From: Chloroflexota bacterium
Lineage (GTDB): Bacteria; Chloroflexota; Dormibacteria; Aeolococcales; Aeolococcaceae
Direction of reading: 5' to 3'
DNA length: 64,000 nucleotides
Assembly (NCBI GenBank): GCA_005880985.1
Contig: VBIQ01000006.1
Location: 5,088-69,087, forward strand
The notes under the pieces are model-generated. The model had not been told where the DNA came from. It was given only the letters and a program-made list of their open reading frames with translations, and ran no database searches. The translations under genes and the position numbers were made by a program. The number at the start of each line of letters is the position of its first letter. Positions within the stretch are counted from its first letter, which is position 1. This document shows positions 30,227 through 40,213 of this stretch, piece after piece.

Positions 30227-32281
30227 TCAGCCGGCGATGCCGACGGAGTCGAGGATGAAGGCGAAGACCATCGCCTCCTCGCGCCAGGACGAGTAGCGTC
30301 CCGACGGGCCGGCATGCCCCGCACCCATCTCCGTCTTCAGCAGGATGGGCGCATCGCCCTCGCTGACGTCCCGCAACCGTGCCACCCATTTCGCCGGCTC
30401 CCAGAAGCCGACCCGGGGGTCGTTGAGCCCCGCGGTCACCAGCAGCGCCGGATGACGCATCGCCGCCAGGTTGTCGTAGGGCGAGTAGCCCCGCATGTAG
30501 CGGTAGTGCTGCTCCTCGTTGGGGTTGCCCCACTCCTCCCACTCGGTGACGGTGAGCGGCAGCGTCTCGTCGAGCATGGTGGTGAGGACGTCGACGAAGG
30601 GCACATGGGCGACCACCGCGGTGAAGAGGTCGGGCCGCAGGTTGAGGGCGGCCCCCATCAGCAGTCCGCCGGCGCTGCCGCCGCGGATCACCAGCCGGTC
30701 CGCAGACGTGTACCCGGCCGCCACCAGGTGCTCGGCGGCGGCGATGAAGTCGGTGAAGGTGTTGCGCTTGTGCAGCAGCCGCCCGCTCTCGTACCAGCTG
30801 CGACCCATCTCGCCACCGCCACGGACGTGGGCGATGGCGTAGACGACGCCGCGCTCGAGCAGGGAGAGCCGGAGCGACGAGAAGGCGGGGTCGACGCTGA
30901 TCTCGTAGGCGCCGTAGCCGTAGAGGACCGCCGGGGCGCTGCCGTCGAGCGGCAGATCGCGCCGATGCACCAGCGAGATCGCCACCGAGGTCCCGTCCGG
31001 GGCGGTGGCCCAGAGCCGCGAGGTGGTGAAGCGCTCGGGGTCGTAGCCACCGAGCACCGGCATCACCTTGCGAACCTGGCGGACGCGGGTCTGCATGTCG
31101 TAGTCGATGGTCGAGCGCGGGGTGGTCAGCGACGAGTACTCGAAGCGCAGCTCGGTGGTGTCGAACTCCGGGTTGTCACCGGGCAGTGCCGCGTACACGG
31201 GCTCGGGTTGCTCGATGGTGTGGATCGACATGTCGGCCAGGTCCATCACCCGGATGCGCCGCAGGCCTTCGGCGCGTTCGTGGAGCACCAGGTGATGGCG
31301 GAAGGCCTCCACTCCATCGAGGGTGACGCCGTCGCGGTTGCCGATCAGCTCGTGCCAGCTCTCCGGTCCCGCAGCATCGACCGGCGCTTCCATGAGGCGG
31401 AAGTTGGGAGCGCTGTCGTTGGTGGTGATGAAAAAGCGGTGCTGGTGATGGTCGACCGCGTACTCGACCCCCTGGCGACGCGCGGCGATGACCCGGAAGG
31501 GACCCCGCGGGGTGGTGGCGTCGAGGACGCGCACCTCGGTGGTCATCTTGCTCTGCGCGGTGAGCATCACGAAGGCCCGGCTGCGGGTCTCGCCGACGCC
31601 GAGGAAGAAGCGCTCGTCGTCCTCCTGGTGGACGAGAGCGTCACCGGCCGACTCCTCGCCCAGCACGTGCCGCCAGAGCTGCCAGGGACGCATCGCCGCG
31701 TCCGGACGCAGGTAGAACAGGGTGCGGTTGTCGGCCGCCCAGGCCAGCCCGTAGTAGGTGTCGAGGATCTCGTCGGGGAGATCGTGGCCGCTCCCGAGGT
31801 CGCGCACGCGAAGCGTCATCCGCTCCCCGCCGCTCACGTCGGTGGCATAGGCGAGCAGCCGCTGGTCGGGACTCAGGGCGAGATTGCCGAGTGAGAAGAA
31901 GTCATGACCCTCGGCGAGCGCGTTCTCGTCGAGCATCACCTCGTCGGCGCCGTCACGGGCCGGACGGCGGGCGTGCATCGCGTACTGGCGTCCCTCGACG
32001 GTGCGGGTCACGTACCACATCGCACCGCGGCGAACCGGCGCCGACTCGTCGGTCTCCTGGATGCGGGCGACGATCTCGGTGTAGAGGCGCTCCTGCAGGC
32101 CGGAGGTGTGCGCCAGCGATGCCGACGTGTGGGCGTTCTCCGCCTCGAGATGGGCGGTGACCGCCGGGTCGTCGCGGTCGCGCAGCCAGTGGTAGTCGTC
32201 GACGCGGCGGTCGCCGAAGCGCTCGAGCACGACCGGCCGCCGCTCTGCCCGAGGCGCGGCGACGGTGGGAAGCTCCGCCAT
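30227..32281 (-). CDS. ptrB: Oligopeptidase B (S9A prolyl-oligopeptidase family)
   Basis: N-terminal beta-propeller plus a C-terminal alpha/beta hydrolase with GGSAGGLL nucleophile elbow and catalytic His region. Confidence 0.85.
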   Translation of the reverse strand: MAELPTVAAPRAERRPVVLERFGDRRVDDYHWLRDRDDPAVTAHLEAENAHTSASLAHTSGLQERLYTEIVARIQETDESAPVRRGAMWYVTRTVEGRQYAMHARRPARDGADEVMLDENALAEGHDFFSLGNLALSPDQRLLAYATDVSGGERMTLRVRDLGSGHDLPDEILDTYYGLAWAADNRTLFYLRPDAAMRPWQLWRHVLGEESAGDALVHQEDDERFFLGVGETRSRAFVMLTAQSKMTTEVRVLDATTPRGPFRVIAARRQGVEYAVDHHQHRFFITTNDSAPNFRLMEAPVDAAGPESWHELIGNRDGVTLDGVEAFRHHLVLHERAEGLRRIRVMDLADMSIHTIEQPEPVYAALPGDNPEFDTTELRFEYSSLTTPRSTIDYDMQTRVRQVRKVMPVLGGYDPERFTTSRLWATAPDGTSVAISLVHRRDLPLDGSAPAVLYGYGAYEISVDPAFSSLRLSLLERGVVYAIAHVRGGGEMGRSWYESGRLLHKRNTFTDFIAAAEHLVAAGYTSADRLVIRGGSAGGLLMGAALNLRPDLFTAVVAHVPFVDVLTTMLDETLPLTVTEWEEWGNPNEEQHYRYMRGYSPYDNLAAMRHPALLVTAGLNDPRVGFWEPAKWVARLRDVSEGDAPILLKTEMGAGHAGPSGRYSSWREEAMVFAFILDSVGIAG

Positions 32282-32311
32282 CTCGCCGGGATTGTGAGGC
32301 CAGCGCGGCGG

Positions 32312-33160
32312 CTACAGCGAGATGTGGAAGGCGAGCCCCAGGGTTCCCGGGCCGGCGTGGCAGCCGACGATGGGACCGATGGGGGTGATCTCCGGATCGC
32401 CGTCGCAGTGGGGCGCCACCTTCTCGGCGAGCAGACGGGCATCCTCCGGACAGTCGGCGTGCCCGACCGCCACCACCGCCCCGCGTCCGGTCTCTCCCAC
32501 CGCGGCCGCCACCGTTCCCGCGATTCGTTCCAGCGCCCGCTGGTAGGTGCGGACCCGGTCGAAGGGCTCGATGCGGCCGTCGAGCACCTGCAGCACCGGC
32601 TTGATGTTGAGCACCGATCCGAGCAGGGCCCGGGCGCCGCCGATGCGGCCGCCGCGCCGCAGGTACTCGAGGGTGGCGACGGTGAAGATGGAGCGCTGGC
32701 GGCGCATCACCTCCTCCATCAGGCCGAGCACGTCGTGGACGTCCCCCCCGGCCTCCGCCCGCTCCACGGCGGCGCGCACCAGCGCGTGATGGCCCATCGA
32801 CACCGTCCGCGTGTCGACCACGTGGATGTCGAGGTCCGGAAGCGCGTCGCGGGCGGTGACCGCGGCATTGTAGGTCCCACTCATCTCCGAGGAGAGGGTG
32901 GTGCAGATCACGCTGCTGCCGTCGCGGGCGGCCTCCGCGAAGGCGGCCTCGAACTCCGCGGGCGTCGGCTGGGAGGTGGTGGGGTTGCGGCTGCTGGCCC
33001 GCATCCGCGCGTAGAAGCTGCCGGCGTCGACGTCGACCCCGTCGACCAGCACCTCGTCGCCGAACAGGACCCGCAGGGGAACACAGATCACCCCGTGCTC
33101 GTCGCCGTAGCGGGGGTCCATCTCGGCGGTGCTGTCGCAGACGATGCGGACGCTCGGCAT
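32312..33160 (-). CDS. DegV family (fatty-acid-binding) protein
   Basis: RIVCDSTAEMD N-terminus and an SGTYNAA motif typical of DegV. Confidence 0.85.
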   Translation of the reverse strand: MPSVRIVCDSTAEMDPRYGDEHGVICVPLRVLFGDEVLVDGVDVDAGSFYARMRASSRNPTTSQPTPAEFEAAFAEAARDGSSVICTTLSSEMSGTYNAAVTARDALPDLDIHVVDTRTVSMGHHALVRAAVERAEAGGDVHDVLGLMEEVMRRQRSIFTVATLEYLRRGGRIGGARALLGSVLNIKPVLQVLDGRIEPFDRVRTYQRALERIAGTVAAAVGETGRGAVVAVGHADCPEDARLLAEKVAPHCDGDPEITPIGPIVGCHAGPGTLGLAFHISL

Positions 33161-33196
33161 CTCAGACTCCCAAGAATGCTGTGAAGCTGTGGCGGC

Positions 33197-33898
33197 TCAC
33201 GCCCGGTCGCTGACCGGTGCGTCGGGGACGGGTGACAGCGACTCGAGGGCGCCGGTGAGAGAGCGGAGCAGCCGCTGGCGGCGGGCCGCGGTGGTCCGCG
33301 CCAGCCGGGCCTGGAAGGCGCTCACCTCGGCGGTCAGCGCTTCGGCGAGCTCGCCGTCGCGGCCGGCGCCGACCGCTCCGTAGACGGTGGCCACGAACAT
33401 CGACAGGGCGGTGGCCGCCTCGGGAGCGTTGCGCAGCAGCTGCTGCAACCGCTCGCGGGTGCGACCGCTCAGCCCGTCGGCCTGGTGGAGCCAGAAGCCC
33501 AGGTGCCCGGCGAGATCGAGACCGCGCGGCCGCCACTCGAGAACGGCGCGGGCGGCGGCGACCGGTCCCAGTCGGGCGAAACCGGCGCGAGCCCGCTGCA
33601 GGGCCCGGTCCTCGGCGCCGGCCACGGTCTCGCCGAGAACGCGGCGGCCGGCCTCGGTGGGCAGGAAGCCGACCTGGGCCCGCCCGACCGCCACCCCGGG
33701 ACGGTGGCTGTAGACGGCCGCCGCCAGGCCATCGCGTTCGAGTTCGCGGAGCAGGTCATAGGCGGTCCACGAGCTGATGCCCAGCGGCTCGGCCACGGCG
33801 CTGTAATGCGCCGCTCCCCCGCCCGCGGCCACCGCGTCGCGCAGCGCCAGCAGGCACTGCCGGCGCCGCGCGGTGAGCCGGAATCTCCCAAGAATCAC
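33197..33898 (-). CDS. Hypothetical protein with a predicted winged-helix DNA-binding N-terminus
   Basis: 233 aa in a same-strand operon with degV. The HTH-like segment is CLLALRDAVAAGGGAAHYSAVAEPLGISSWTAYDLLRELERDGL. No family recognised. Confidence 0.4.
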   Translation of the reverse strand: MILGRFRLTARRRQCLLALRDAVAAGGGAAHYSAVAEPLGISSWTAYDLLRELERDGLAAAVYSHRPGVAVGRAQVGFLPTEAGRRVLGETVAGAEDRALQRARAGFARLGPVAAARAVLEWRPRGLDLAGHLGFWLHQADGLSGRTRERLQQLLRNAPEAATALSMFVATVYGAVGAGRDGELAEALTAEVSAFQARLARTTAARRQRLLRSLTGALESLSPVPDAPVSDRA

Positions 33899-33942
33899 GT
33901 CGCGCGGAGGCTAGGGGCCGGGGCGGCCGGACGTCAAGGACA

Positions 33943-34968
33943 ATGGCCGCCATGACCACCGCGCCGGGCCGGCGGGGGCGCCTGGTCGACGACGTGGTCG
34001 AGAGCCAGGCCCTCCGCGACAATCCGCTGGGTGATCCGTGGCGGCGCCGCCTGTACGTGTGGCTGCCGCCCGGGTACGAGGGCGGCGACGCGCGCCTTCC
34101 CGCCGTCTATGTGCTTCCCGGATACGGCTCGGCGGTGGAGGAGTGGAGCAACCGCCATCTCTTCGATCCGACCGTCTTCGAGCGCCTCGACGCGCTCTAC
34201 TCCGCGCCCGACGCACCGCCGCCGTGCATCTTCGTGTTCGTGGACGGTGCCACCCGGTACGGCGGCAGCCAGTTCGTCAACTCCTCGGCGACCGGGCGGC
34301 ACGAGGACTACGTGGCCGATGACGTCGTCGCCCATGTCGACGCGCGCTACCGGACCCTGGCGTCACCTCGTCACCGGGGGCTGGCGGGCCACAGCAGCGG
34401 GGGGATCGGCGCGCTGGTCCTCTCGATGCGCCGGCCCGACGTCTTCGGCGCCTGCGTGTCCCATGCCGGCGACGCTCTCTTCGAGCACTGCTACGGTCGC
34501 GAGCTGGGTGACTTCGCCCGTGCCCTCCGCGAGCACGACGGCGACGTGGCGCGCCTGTGCGAGCGGCTGCTCGCGGACGAGGTGTACCGCCGCGCCCACT
34601 TCGGCCCGCTGATGGTGATCGGCTGCGCCGCCGCCTACTCGCCCGACCCCGGCGCACCGCTGGGCATCGGTCTTCCCGTCGATCCGACGGGAGCGCTGGT
34701 GCCCCGCCACTGGGAACAGTGGCTGGCGAACGATCCGGTGCGCCTCGCCCCGCGGCGTGCCGAGGCGCTGCGCGGGCTGCGTGGTGTCTTCCTCGATGCC
34801 GGCGAGAGCGACGAGTACTACCTGGATCTCGGCGCCGCCGCGATGCACGCCGTGTTGCGCGACCTCGGGGTCGAGCACCGCTACGAGACCTTCCCCGGGC
34901 GTCACAGCGGCATCGCCCACCGCTACCCGATCGGGTATGCGTTTGCGGCGCGGGCGCTGGCGAACTGA
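33943..34968 (+). CDS. Alpha/beta-hydrolase esterase (putative esterase / esterase D-like)
   Basis: YVWLPPGY...LPAVYVLPGYG near the N-terminus, nucleophile elbow GHSSGG, C-terminal His. Confidence 0.7.
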   Translation: MAAMTTAPGRRGRLVDDVVESQALRDNPLGDPWRRRLYVWLPPGYEGGDARLPAVYVLPGYGSAVEEWSNRHLFDPTVFERLDALYSAPDAPPPCIFVFVDGATRYGGSQFVNSSATGRHEDYVADDVVAHVDARYRTLASPRHRGLAGHSSGGIGALVLSMRRPDVFGACVSHAGDALFEHCYGRELGDFARALREHDGDVARLCERLLADEVYRRAHFGPLMVIGCAAAYSPDPGAPLGIGLPVDPTGALVPRHWEQWLANDPVRLAPRRAEALRGLRGVFLDAGESDEYYLDLGAAAMHAVLRDLGVEHRYETFPGRHSGIAHRYPIGYAFAARALAN

Positions 34969-35948
34969 TGACCACGTACCGAGGCGCGGCGGCGACTCGG
35001 TACTGCTCGGCCCTAGTGGTGGTCGCGGCGCTGCTGGCGGCCGCCAGCTGCGGCGGCGGGACCTCGCCGGTGACCAGGGCGACGTCGGCCGCCTCGTCGG
35101 CGGCGTCGACGGCCACCGCGCCGGCGTCAGCGACGGTCTCCGCCGTCTCGACGCCACCGCCCTCGGGCGACCCGCTGGCCGGCTGCCCGGCGGCCACCTC
35201 GGAGAGCGCGCTGCCGGTGTTGGCGCGTCTTCCCGGTCAACCCGACGACGTCACCGCCGCGTCCAACGGCACGCTCTGGATCGGCGACGAGACCGGCCGG
35301 ATCAGCGAGCTCGGCACCGGCGGCACGGTGCTGTCGACGCTCACCGACGCCCACGGTCCCGAGGGCATCATCGTCGACGGCAGCACCCTCCTGGTCGCCG
35401 AGCAGCGCGCCAATCGCGTGGTCAGGATCCCGCCCCAGGGGAGCACCACGACCGTCGTGACCCTGACCAACCGCACCGGGCAGCCGGGGGTCGACGGACT
35501 GGGCGTGGACACCGAGCGCGGCCTGCTGCTCATCCCCGACGGCCTGCTGGGTGCGCTGCGGGCGGTGCCGCTCGGCGGCGGCGCCCTGCGCACCCTGGCG
35601 ACGGGGATGTCGCGGCCGGTGGCCGCAAGCGTTGCAACCGATGGCGCGCTCTACGTCGCCGACGAGGGCGCCACCGGGCTGTGGCGCATCCCGCGCGATG
35701 GCGGCAAGCCGGTGGCGGTGGGACACGAGCGCGATCTCGATGAGGTGATCAGCGAGGGCCGGCTGCTCTACGTCACCGACCTGAGAGCGGGGACGGTGCG
35801 CGCCATCGACCCCGCGAGCGGCGCGGCGCGTGTCCTGGTCAGCGGTGACGCCAGCCCGCAGGGACTGGCGCTCGCCGCCGGTGGCCATCGGCTGGTGCTC
35901 ACCGACTCCAACCGTGGGCTGGTCATGACCCTGCCCACCTGCAGCTGA
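34968..35948 (+). CDS. Secreted lipoprotein with an NHL/SMP-30-like beta-propeller
   Basis: Signal peptide plus lipobox (LLAAASCGGG) and a Thr/Ser/Ala-rich linker. Repeated GTLWIGDE / LYVADEG / LYVTD blades. ATG overlaps the upstream stop. Confidence 0.65.
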   Translation: MTTYRGAAATRYCSALVVVAALLAAASCGGGTSPVTRATSAASSAASTATAPASATVSAVSTPPPSGDPLAGCPAATSESALPVLARLPGQPDDVTAASNGTLWIGDETGRISELGTGGTVLSTLTDAHGPEGIIVDGSTLLVAEQRANRVVRIPPQGSTTTVVTLTNRTGQPGVDGLGVDTERGLLLIPDGLLGALRAVPLGGGALRTLATGMSRPVAASVATDGALYVADEGATGLWRIPRDGGKPVAVGHERDLDEVISEGRLLYVTDLRAGTVRAIDPASGAARVLVSGDASPQGLALAAGGHRLVLTDSNRGLVMTLPTCS

Positions 35949-35960
35949 CCCGGCGCCGAA

Positions 35961-36785
35961 TCAGAGAAGGGCCAGCGCCCCGTAGAGGTTGCGGTCGTCG
36001 CCCAGGGCGGCCTGCCGGATCGGCGGCCTGGCCTGCAGCCGCAGCGCCCGGTCCACGGTTTTCGACAGTGACGGCCAGAACTTGTCCCAGGAGTTGCAGA
36101 CGCCGCCGCCGAGGATGACCACGTCGGGGTCGTGCAGGGCCACCGCGTTGGTGACCGCCAGTCCCAACCAGCGGCCGACATCCTCCCAGGCAGCCGCATC
36201 GTCGAGGGCTTCGGCGGGGACCCCGAACCGGCGCGCGATCGACGGCCCCGAGACCAGCGCCTCGAGGCACCCCGCCCCGCCGCAGCGGCAGGCCGGTCCG
36301 CCGAGCCAGGCGGGCCAGAGCACCTGGTGGCCACCCTCGGTGTCGTGCCGGCCGGTCAGCAGCCGGCCTCGATTCACGATGCCGGCACCCACCCCGGTCG
36401 ACACCGTGTAGTAGACGACCGTGTCCAGGCCGCTGCCCGCCCCGTGCAGCGCCTCCCCGAGGGCCGCGCAGTTCGCGTCGTTCTCGACCACAACCCGGCA
36501 GCGGTAGCGGCCGCCGAGCTCCTCGGCGAGGGCCACCCGCTTCCAGGCCGGGGGAACGTTGGGGGGATCGGTGAGCGCTCCCCGCTCGCGGTCGAAGGGA
36601 CCGGGAACGGCGATGGCGATGCCGTCGAGCGAGCGGCCGCCGCGCACCGCGTCGAGCATGTCGCAGAGCACGCCCAGCGGGTCCTCGGGTGGAGTCGTCC
36701 GGCGCTCCGCCGAGGTGGGCCGCCGGTCGGCGCCGGCCACCGCCGCCAGCAGCTTGCTCCCCCCGATGTCGATGGCGCCGAACAC
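35961..36785 (-). CDS. ROK family sugar kinase (glucokinase-like)
   Basis: AIDIGGSKL N-terminal motif, ENDANCAALGE, and the ROK zinc motif CRCGGAGCLE. Start is taken at an internal GTG because the longer ORF would leave only 16 nt to divergent coaX. Confidence 0.75.
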   Translation of the reverse strand: MFGAIDIGGSKLLAAVAGADRRPTSAERRTTPPEDPLGVLCDMLDAVRGGRSLDGIAIAVPGPFDRERGALTDPPNVPPAWKRVALAEELGGRYRCRVVVENDANCAALGEALHGAGSGLDTVVYYTVSTGVGAGIVNRGRLLTGRHDTEGGHQVLWPAWLGGPACRCGGAGCLEALVSGPSIARRFGVPAEALDDAAAWEDVGRWLGLAVTNAVALHDPDVVILGGGVCNSWDKFWPSLSKTVDRALRLQARPPIRQAALGDDRNLYGALALL

Positions 36786-36849
36786 GGCAGCAGGGTAGCC
36801 GCGCCACCAGGTCCGGCGCTGCCCGCACGGCACCTACAATCCCGGCACC

Positions 36850-37614
36850 ATGCTGCTGGCCATCGACGTCGGCAACTCCAACATCGTCGGCGGGGTGTTC
36901 GACGGCGAACGCCTGGTGGCCGACTTCCGTCTCCACACCGAGGCGCTGGCCACCGGAGACGAGCTGGGCCTGGTGGTGGCAGGGCTGCTCGGCCTGCGCA
37001 ACATCGAGCGTGGAACGGTCGATGCGGTGGTGGTCAGCAACGTGGTGCCGACCCTGTCGCGCAGCATCGATGACCTCTGCCACCAGTACTTCGCGGTGGC
37101 TCCGATGCACGTCGGCCCCGGGATGCGCACCGGCATGCGCATCGTGGTGGAGGATCCCCGCCAGGTCGGGGCCGACCGCATCGTCAACGCCATCGCCGCC
37201 TTCAACGCCTACGGCGGACCGGCGGTGATCGTCGACCTGGGAACCGCCACCACCTTCGACGCCATCTCCGACCGCGGCGACTACCTCGGCGGGGCGATCG
37301 CCCCCGGCATGATCATCAGCCTCAACGCCCTGGTCGCCCGCGCCGCCAAGCTCAACCGTGTGGACCTGGTCGCACCGCCGTCGGTGATCGGCCGGACCAC
37401 CAACCTCGGCGTCCAGTCGGGCATGGTCTACGGGTACGTCGGCCTGGTCGAGGGCATCGTCGGCCGCATGAAGGCCGAGCTCGGCGGCCGCGCCACGGTG
37501 ATCGCCACCGGCGGGCTGGCGGAGCTGATCGCCGCCAACACCACCTGCATCGACACCGTCGACCAGCGGCTGACGCTCGATGGGCTGCGCCTCTTCTACG
37601 GCTTGAATCAGTAA
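36850..37614 (+). CDS. coaX: Type III pantothenate kinase
   Basis: MLLAIDVGNSN start with DxGTAT-like VDLGTATTFD and GGLA motifs. Confidence 0.9.
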   Translation: MLLAIDVGNSNIVGGVFDGERLVADFRLHTEALATGDELGLVVAGLLGLRNIERGTVDAVVVSNVVPTLSRSIDDLCHQYFAVAPMHVGPGMRTGMRIVVEDPRQVGADRIVNAIAAFNAYGGPAVIVDLGTATTFDAISDRGDYLGGAIAPGMIISLNALVARAAKLNRVDLVAPPSVIGRTTNLGVQSGMVYGYVGLVEGIVGRMKAELGGRATVIATGGLAELIAANTTCIDTVDQRLTLDGLRLFYGLNQ

Positions 37615-37737
37615 CTGCATGGCACAGGCGGGGGAGGGGTCTCCGCAGCGACGGCCCCTCCCCCGCCCAGCGCCAAGCGGCGGGTACTGCTGAGCAACCG
37701 CTTGCAACGCGCGGCCTTGGCGCAGCGAGGCCGGGGG

Positions 37738-38220
37738 TCAACCCTCTCGCCAGACCTCATGACGGGGATGAGGATCCCCATGGCCAGTGGTCTTGGTAAG
37801 GAGACAGCGTGAGATGTCGAACTCGAAGAGGAGGTCGATGTTGGGCGGGACTGGGACTTGAAGATGGGCCCGTTCGGCGGCGAACTGCTCACCGAGTCGC
37901 GCCCGAACTCCCGCCTCGGTGGTGAGCCGGGCCGTGCCAGTGAGATAGAAGGCGTCCTCGTTGTCCGGACAGGGAAACGAGTGCAGCGCATAGCGGCCGT
38001 CGCGCCGGAGATCGGTCTGCTTCGGGGAGGGGATGATGAATGCAAAGATGCCCTGGTTGGTGACCACCGGGCAGATTGGGTGAGTCCGCGGTCCTCCATC
38101 TCGTCGGACCGTGGCCAGAAAAGCCAGGCCGACACCGAATTGGTAGAGCAGCGCTCTTCCAGCGTCCACTAGATCTGGTCGGGCACGGGCCAGCCCCTCC
38201 CAGGTCGCCATGGGTGACAT
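37738..38220 (-). CDS. Pyridoxamine 5'-phosphate oxidase-like FMN/F420-binding split-barrel protein
   Basis: About 160 aa from ATG MSPMATWEG. ALLYQFGVGLAFLATVRRDGGPRTHPI...IFAFI matches the PNPOx split-barrel N-terminus. Codon usage is visibly atypical (cga, aga, gga, cta, cca). Confidence 0.55.
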   Translation of the reverse strand: MSPMATWEGLARARPDLVDAGRALLYQFGVGLAFLATVRRDGGPRTHPICPVVTNQGIFAFIIPSPKQTDLRRDGRYALHSFPCPDNEDAFYLTGTARLTTEAGVRARLGEQFAAERAHLQVPVPPNIDLLFEFDISRCLLTKTTGHGDPHPRHEVWREG

Positions 38221-38259
38221 GTTGCCTGGAGCGGCGCGCCGATGCCGTAGCATCGGTGC

Positions 38260-39306
38260 ATGGCACTCGCGCTTGCTGATGCCCCTGCGCCGGCTCTGCG
38301 GATCGGCGATCTCGAGCTGAGCTCCCCGATCCTCGTCGCCCCGATGGCGGGGATCACCGACGTGCCGTTTCGGCGGATCGCCATGGAGATGGGGGCGGGC
38401 CTGGTGTGCACCGAGATGGTGGCCGCCGAGGCGGTGGTGCGCAGCGTCGAGGCGAGCCTGCGGCTGCTGCAGTTCCCCGACGACACGCGCCCGGTGGCGG
38501 CGCAGCTGGTCGGCTCGGATCCCGCGGTGATGGCGGCAGCGGCGCAGGTGTGCGCCGAGCGCGGCGCCATGGCGGTCGACGTCAACCTGGGATGCCCGGT
38601 GCGCAAGGTGGTGGGCCTGGGATGCGGTGCCGCGCTGGCGCGCGACGTCGCGGCGACGGCGCGCGTGCTGGCCGCGATCGTCGACGCCGTCGACGTGCCG
38701 GTGACCGCCAAGATGCGTCTCGGCTGGGACCAGGGCAGCATCAACGCGCCCCTGTTGGCGCGGTCTCTGGCGGACGTCGGCGTTGGCGCGGTCACCGTCC
38801 ACGGCCGCACCCGCTGCCAGGGCTACGCGGGCTGGGCGGACTGGAGAGAGATCGCCGGGGTTCGCGCCGCGGTCGACATCCCCGTCTTCGGCAGCGGTGA
38901 CCTGCGCGATCCCGAGCAGATCGCCCACCACATCGAGAGCGGACACGTCGATGGCGTGGTCATCGCCCGCGGCATGCTGGGCAACTTCTGGCTGGTGCGC
39001 CAGGCGGCGCACCGGCTCGCCACCGGCGAGAACCTGCCCGACCTTCCCTTCGTCGAGCGCATCGAGCTCGGCCGCCGTCACCTCGAGGAGCTGATCGCTC
39101 ACTACGGTGAAGCGCGCGCCTTGCGGATAGGCCGCAAGTACGTTGCCTGGACGATCAAGGGTTGCGACGGCGCCTCGCGGCTGCGGGCGATGGTGCAGGA
39201 CCTCGACAGCCGCGAGCGCCTTGACGCGATCTACGCGGAGGCGCTCGCCGCGGGAGAGCGACCCGAGGGCCCGTACCAGCCGATCTTCACCAGCGGGGAG
39301 GGCTGA
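38260..39306 (+). CDS. dus: tRNA-dihydrouridine synthase
   Basis: Motifs VAPMAGITD, VDVNLGCP and a TVHGRTR catalytic region. Confidence 0.9.
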   Translation: MALALADAPAPALRIGDLELSSPILVAPMAGITDVPFRRIAMEMGAGLVCTEMVAAEAVVRSVEASLRLLQFPDDTRPVAAQLVGSDPAVMAAAAQVCAERGAMAVDVNLGCPVRKVVGLGCGAALARDVAATARVLAAIVDAVDVPVTAKMRLGWDQGSINAPLLARSLADVGVGAVTVHGRTRCQGYAGWADWREIAGVRAAVDIPVFGSGDLRDPEQIAHHIESGHVDGVVIARGMLGNFWLVRQAAHRLATGENLPDLPFVERIELGRRHLEELIAHYGEARALRIGRKYVAWTIKGCDGASRLRAMVQDLDSRERLDAIYAEALAAGERPEGPYQPIFTSGEG

Positions 39307-39709
39307 CAGCCGGCGGGCTGGTCAGCGCGGCCGCGCCCCCGATGCGACGGAGGGGGGTCGAGACCAGCGAGGTTCGCGGGCAAATAAAAAGGGCGCCCCC
39401 AGCAAGCCAGGGACGCCCCGAGAGGGGGGGCAATAGAGGTGTCGCTGTAGGCTGAGAGGATACCGGCTGTATCAACAGGGCGTCAAGCAGCCCACCGGGG
39501 GCGAGCATACCCCGCCGGCACCCGCCGTCGGAGGCGGCCAGATCGGGGCGGTGGCCACCCCAGCAGGCGTCCCCTCCCCGGTGGAGACCAGATCCTCGAC
39601 CGGGGTCCATGTCGCTCGGGGCTCCCGTATACTCCGCTGCTCTCATGATTTGACGGGCACCGGCCGCTCCCTGGCAGCAGTCCGGCGGAGGCGCGGGGGC
39701 CCTGACGCG

Positions 39710-40186
39710 ATGTTGGTGACCCTCATGCTCGACAAACCGGTCCTCATCACCCCGGAGGGCCTGGACAAGCTCCAGCAGGAACTCGACCATCTCCGGACCG
39801 AGGTCCGGGCCGAGGTCGCAGAACGGATCAAGTACGCCAAGGAGTTCGGCGACCTGTCGGAGAACGCCGAGTACGAGCAGGCCAAGAACGAGCAAGGGAT
39901 GATCGAGGGGCGGATCCTCACCCTCGAGCGCATGGTGCGCAACGCCGTGATCATCGAGGAGCATCACGACGGCGTCGTCCAGGTCGGCTCGGTGGTCACC
40001 GTCCGCGACGAGTTCGGCGAGGAGGCCTTCACCATCGTCGGACCGGCCGAGGTCGACGTCGCCAACGGCCGCATCTCCATGGAGTCGCCGGTGGGCAAGG
40101 CGCTGATGGGCCACCGCGCCGGCGAAGCCGTCGAGGTTCAGAGCCCCGCGGGTACGCGCTCGCTGTCCATCGTCTCCGTGTCCTGA
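39710..40186 (+). CDS. greA: Transcription elongation factor GreA
   Basis: Coiled-coil N-terminus ([44 protein letters not shown]) and an FKBP-like C-terminus. Start is the ATG at 39710 or 39725. Confidence 0.85.
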   Translation: MLVTLMLDKPVLITPEGLDKLQQELDHLRTEVRAEVAERIKYAKEFGDLSENAEYEQAKNEQGMIEGRILTLERMVRNAVIIEEHHDGVVQVGSVVTVRDEFGEEAFTIVGPAEVDVANGRISMESPVGKALMGHRAGEAVEVQSPAGTRSLSIVSVS

Positions 40187-40213
40187 GCCCGGCTCGGGCT
40201 ACCCTGTCGAGCC

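Noticed and set aside
34557-34967. Longer 463-aa version of the lipoprotein ORF starting inside the esterase gene
   Set aside because: The upstream extension overlaps the esterase in another frame and is Arg/Pro-rich. The ATG at 34968 gives a canonical signal peptide and lipobox.
36786-36833. Upstream GTG start for the ROK kinase
   Set aside because: It would leave only 16 nt between divergent ROK and coaX starts. The internal GTG gives the canonical xIDIGGS N-terminus. Kept as the alternative.
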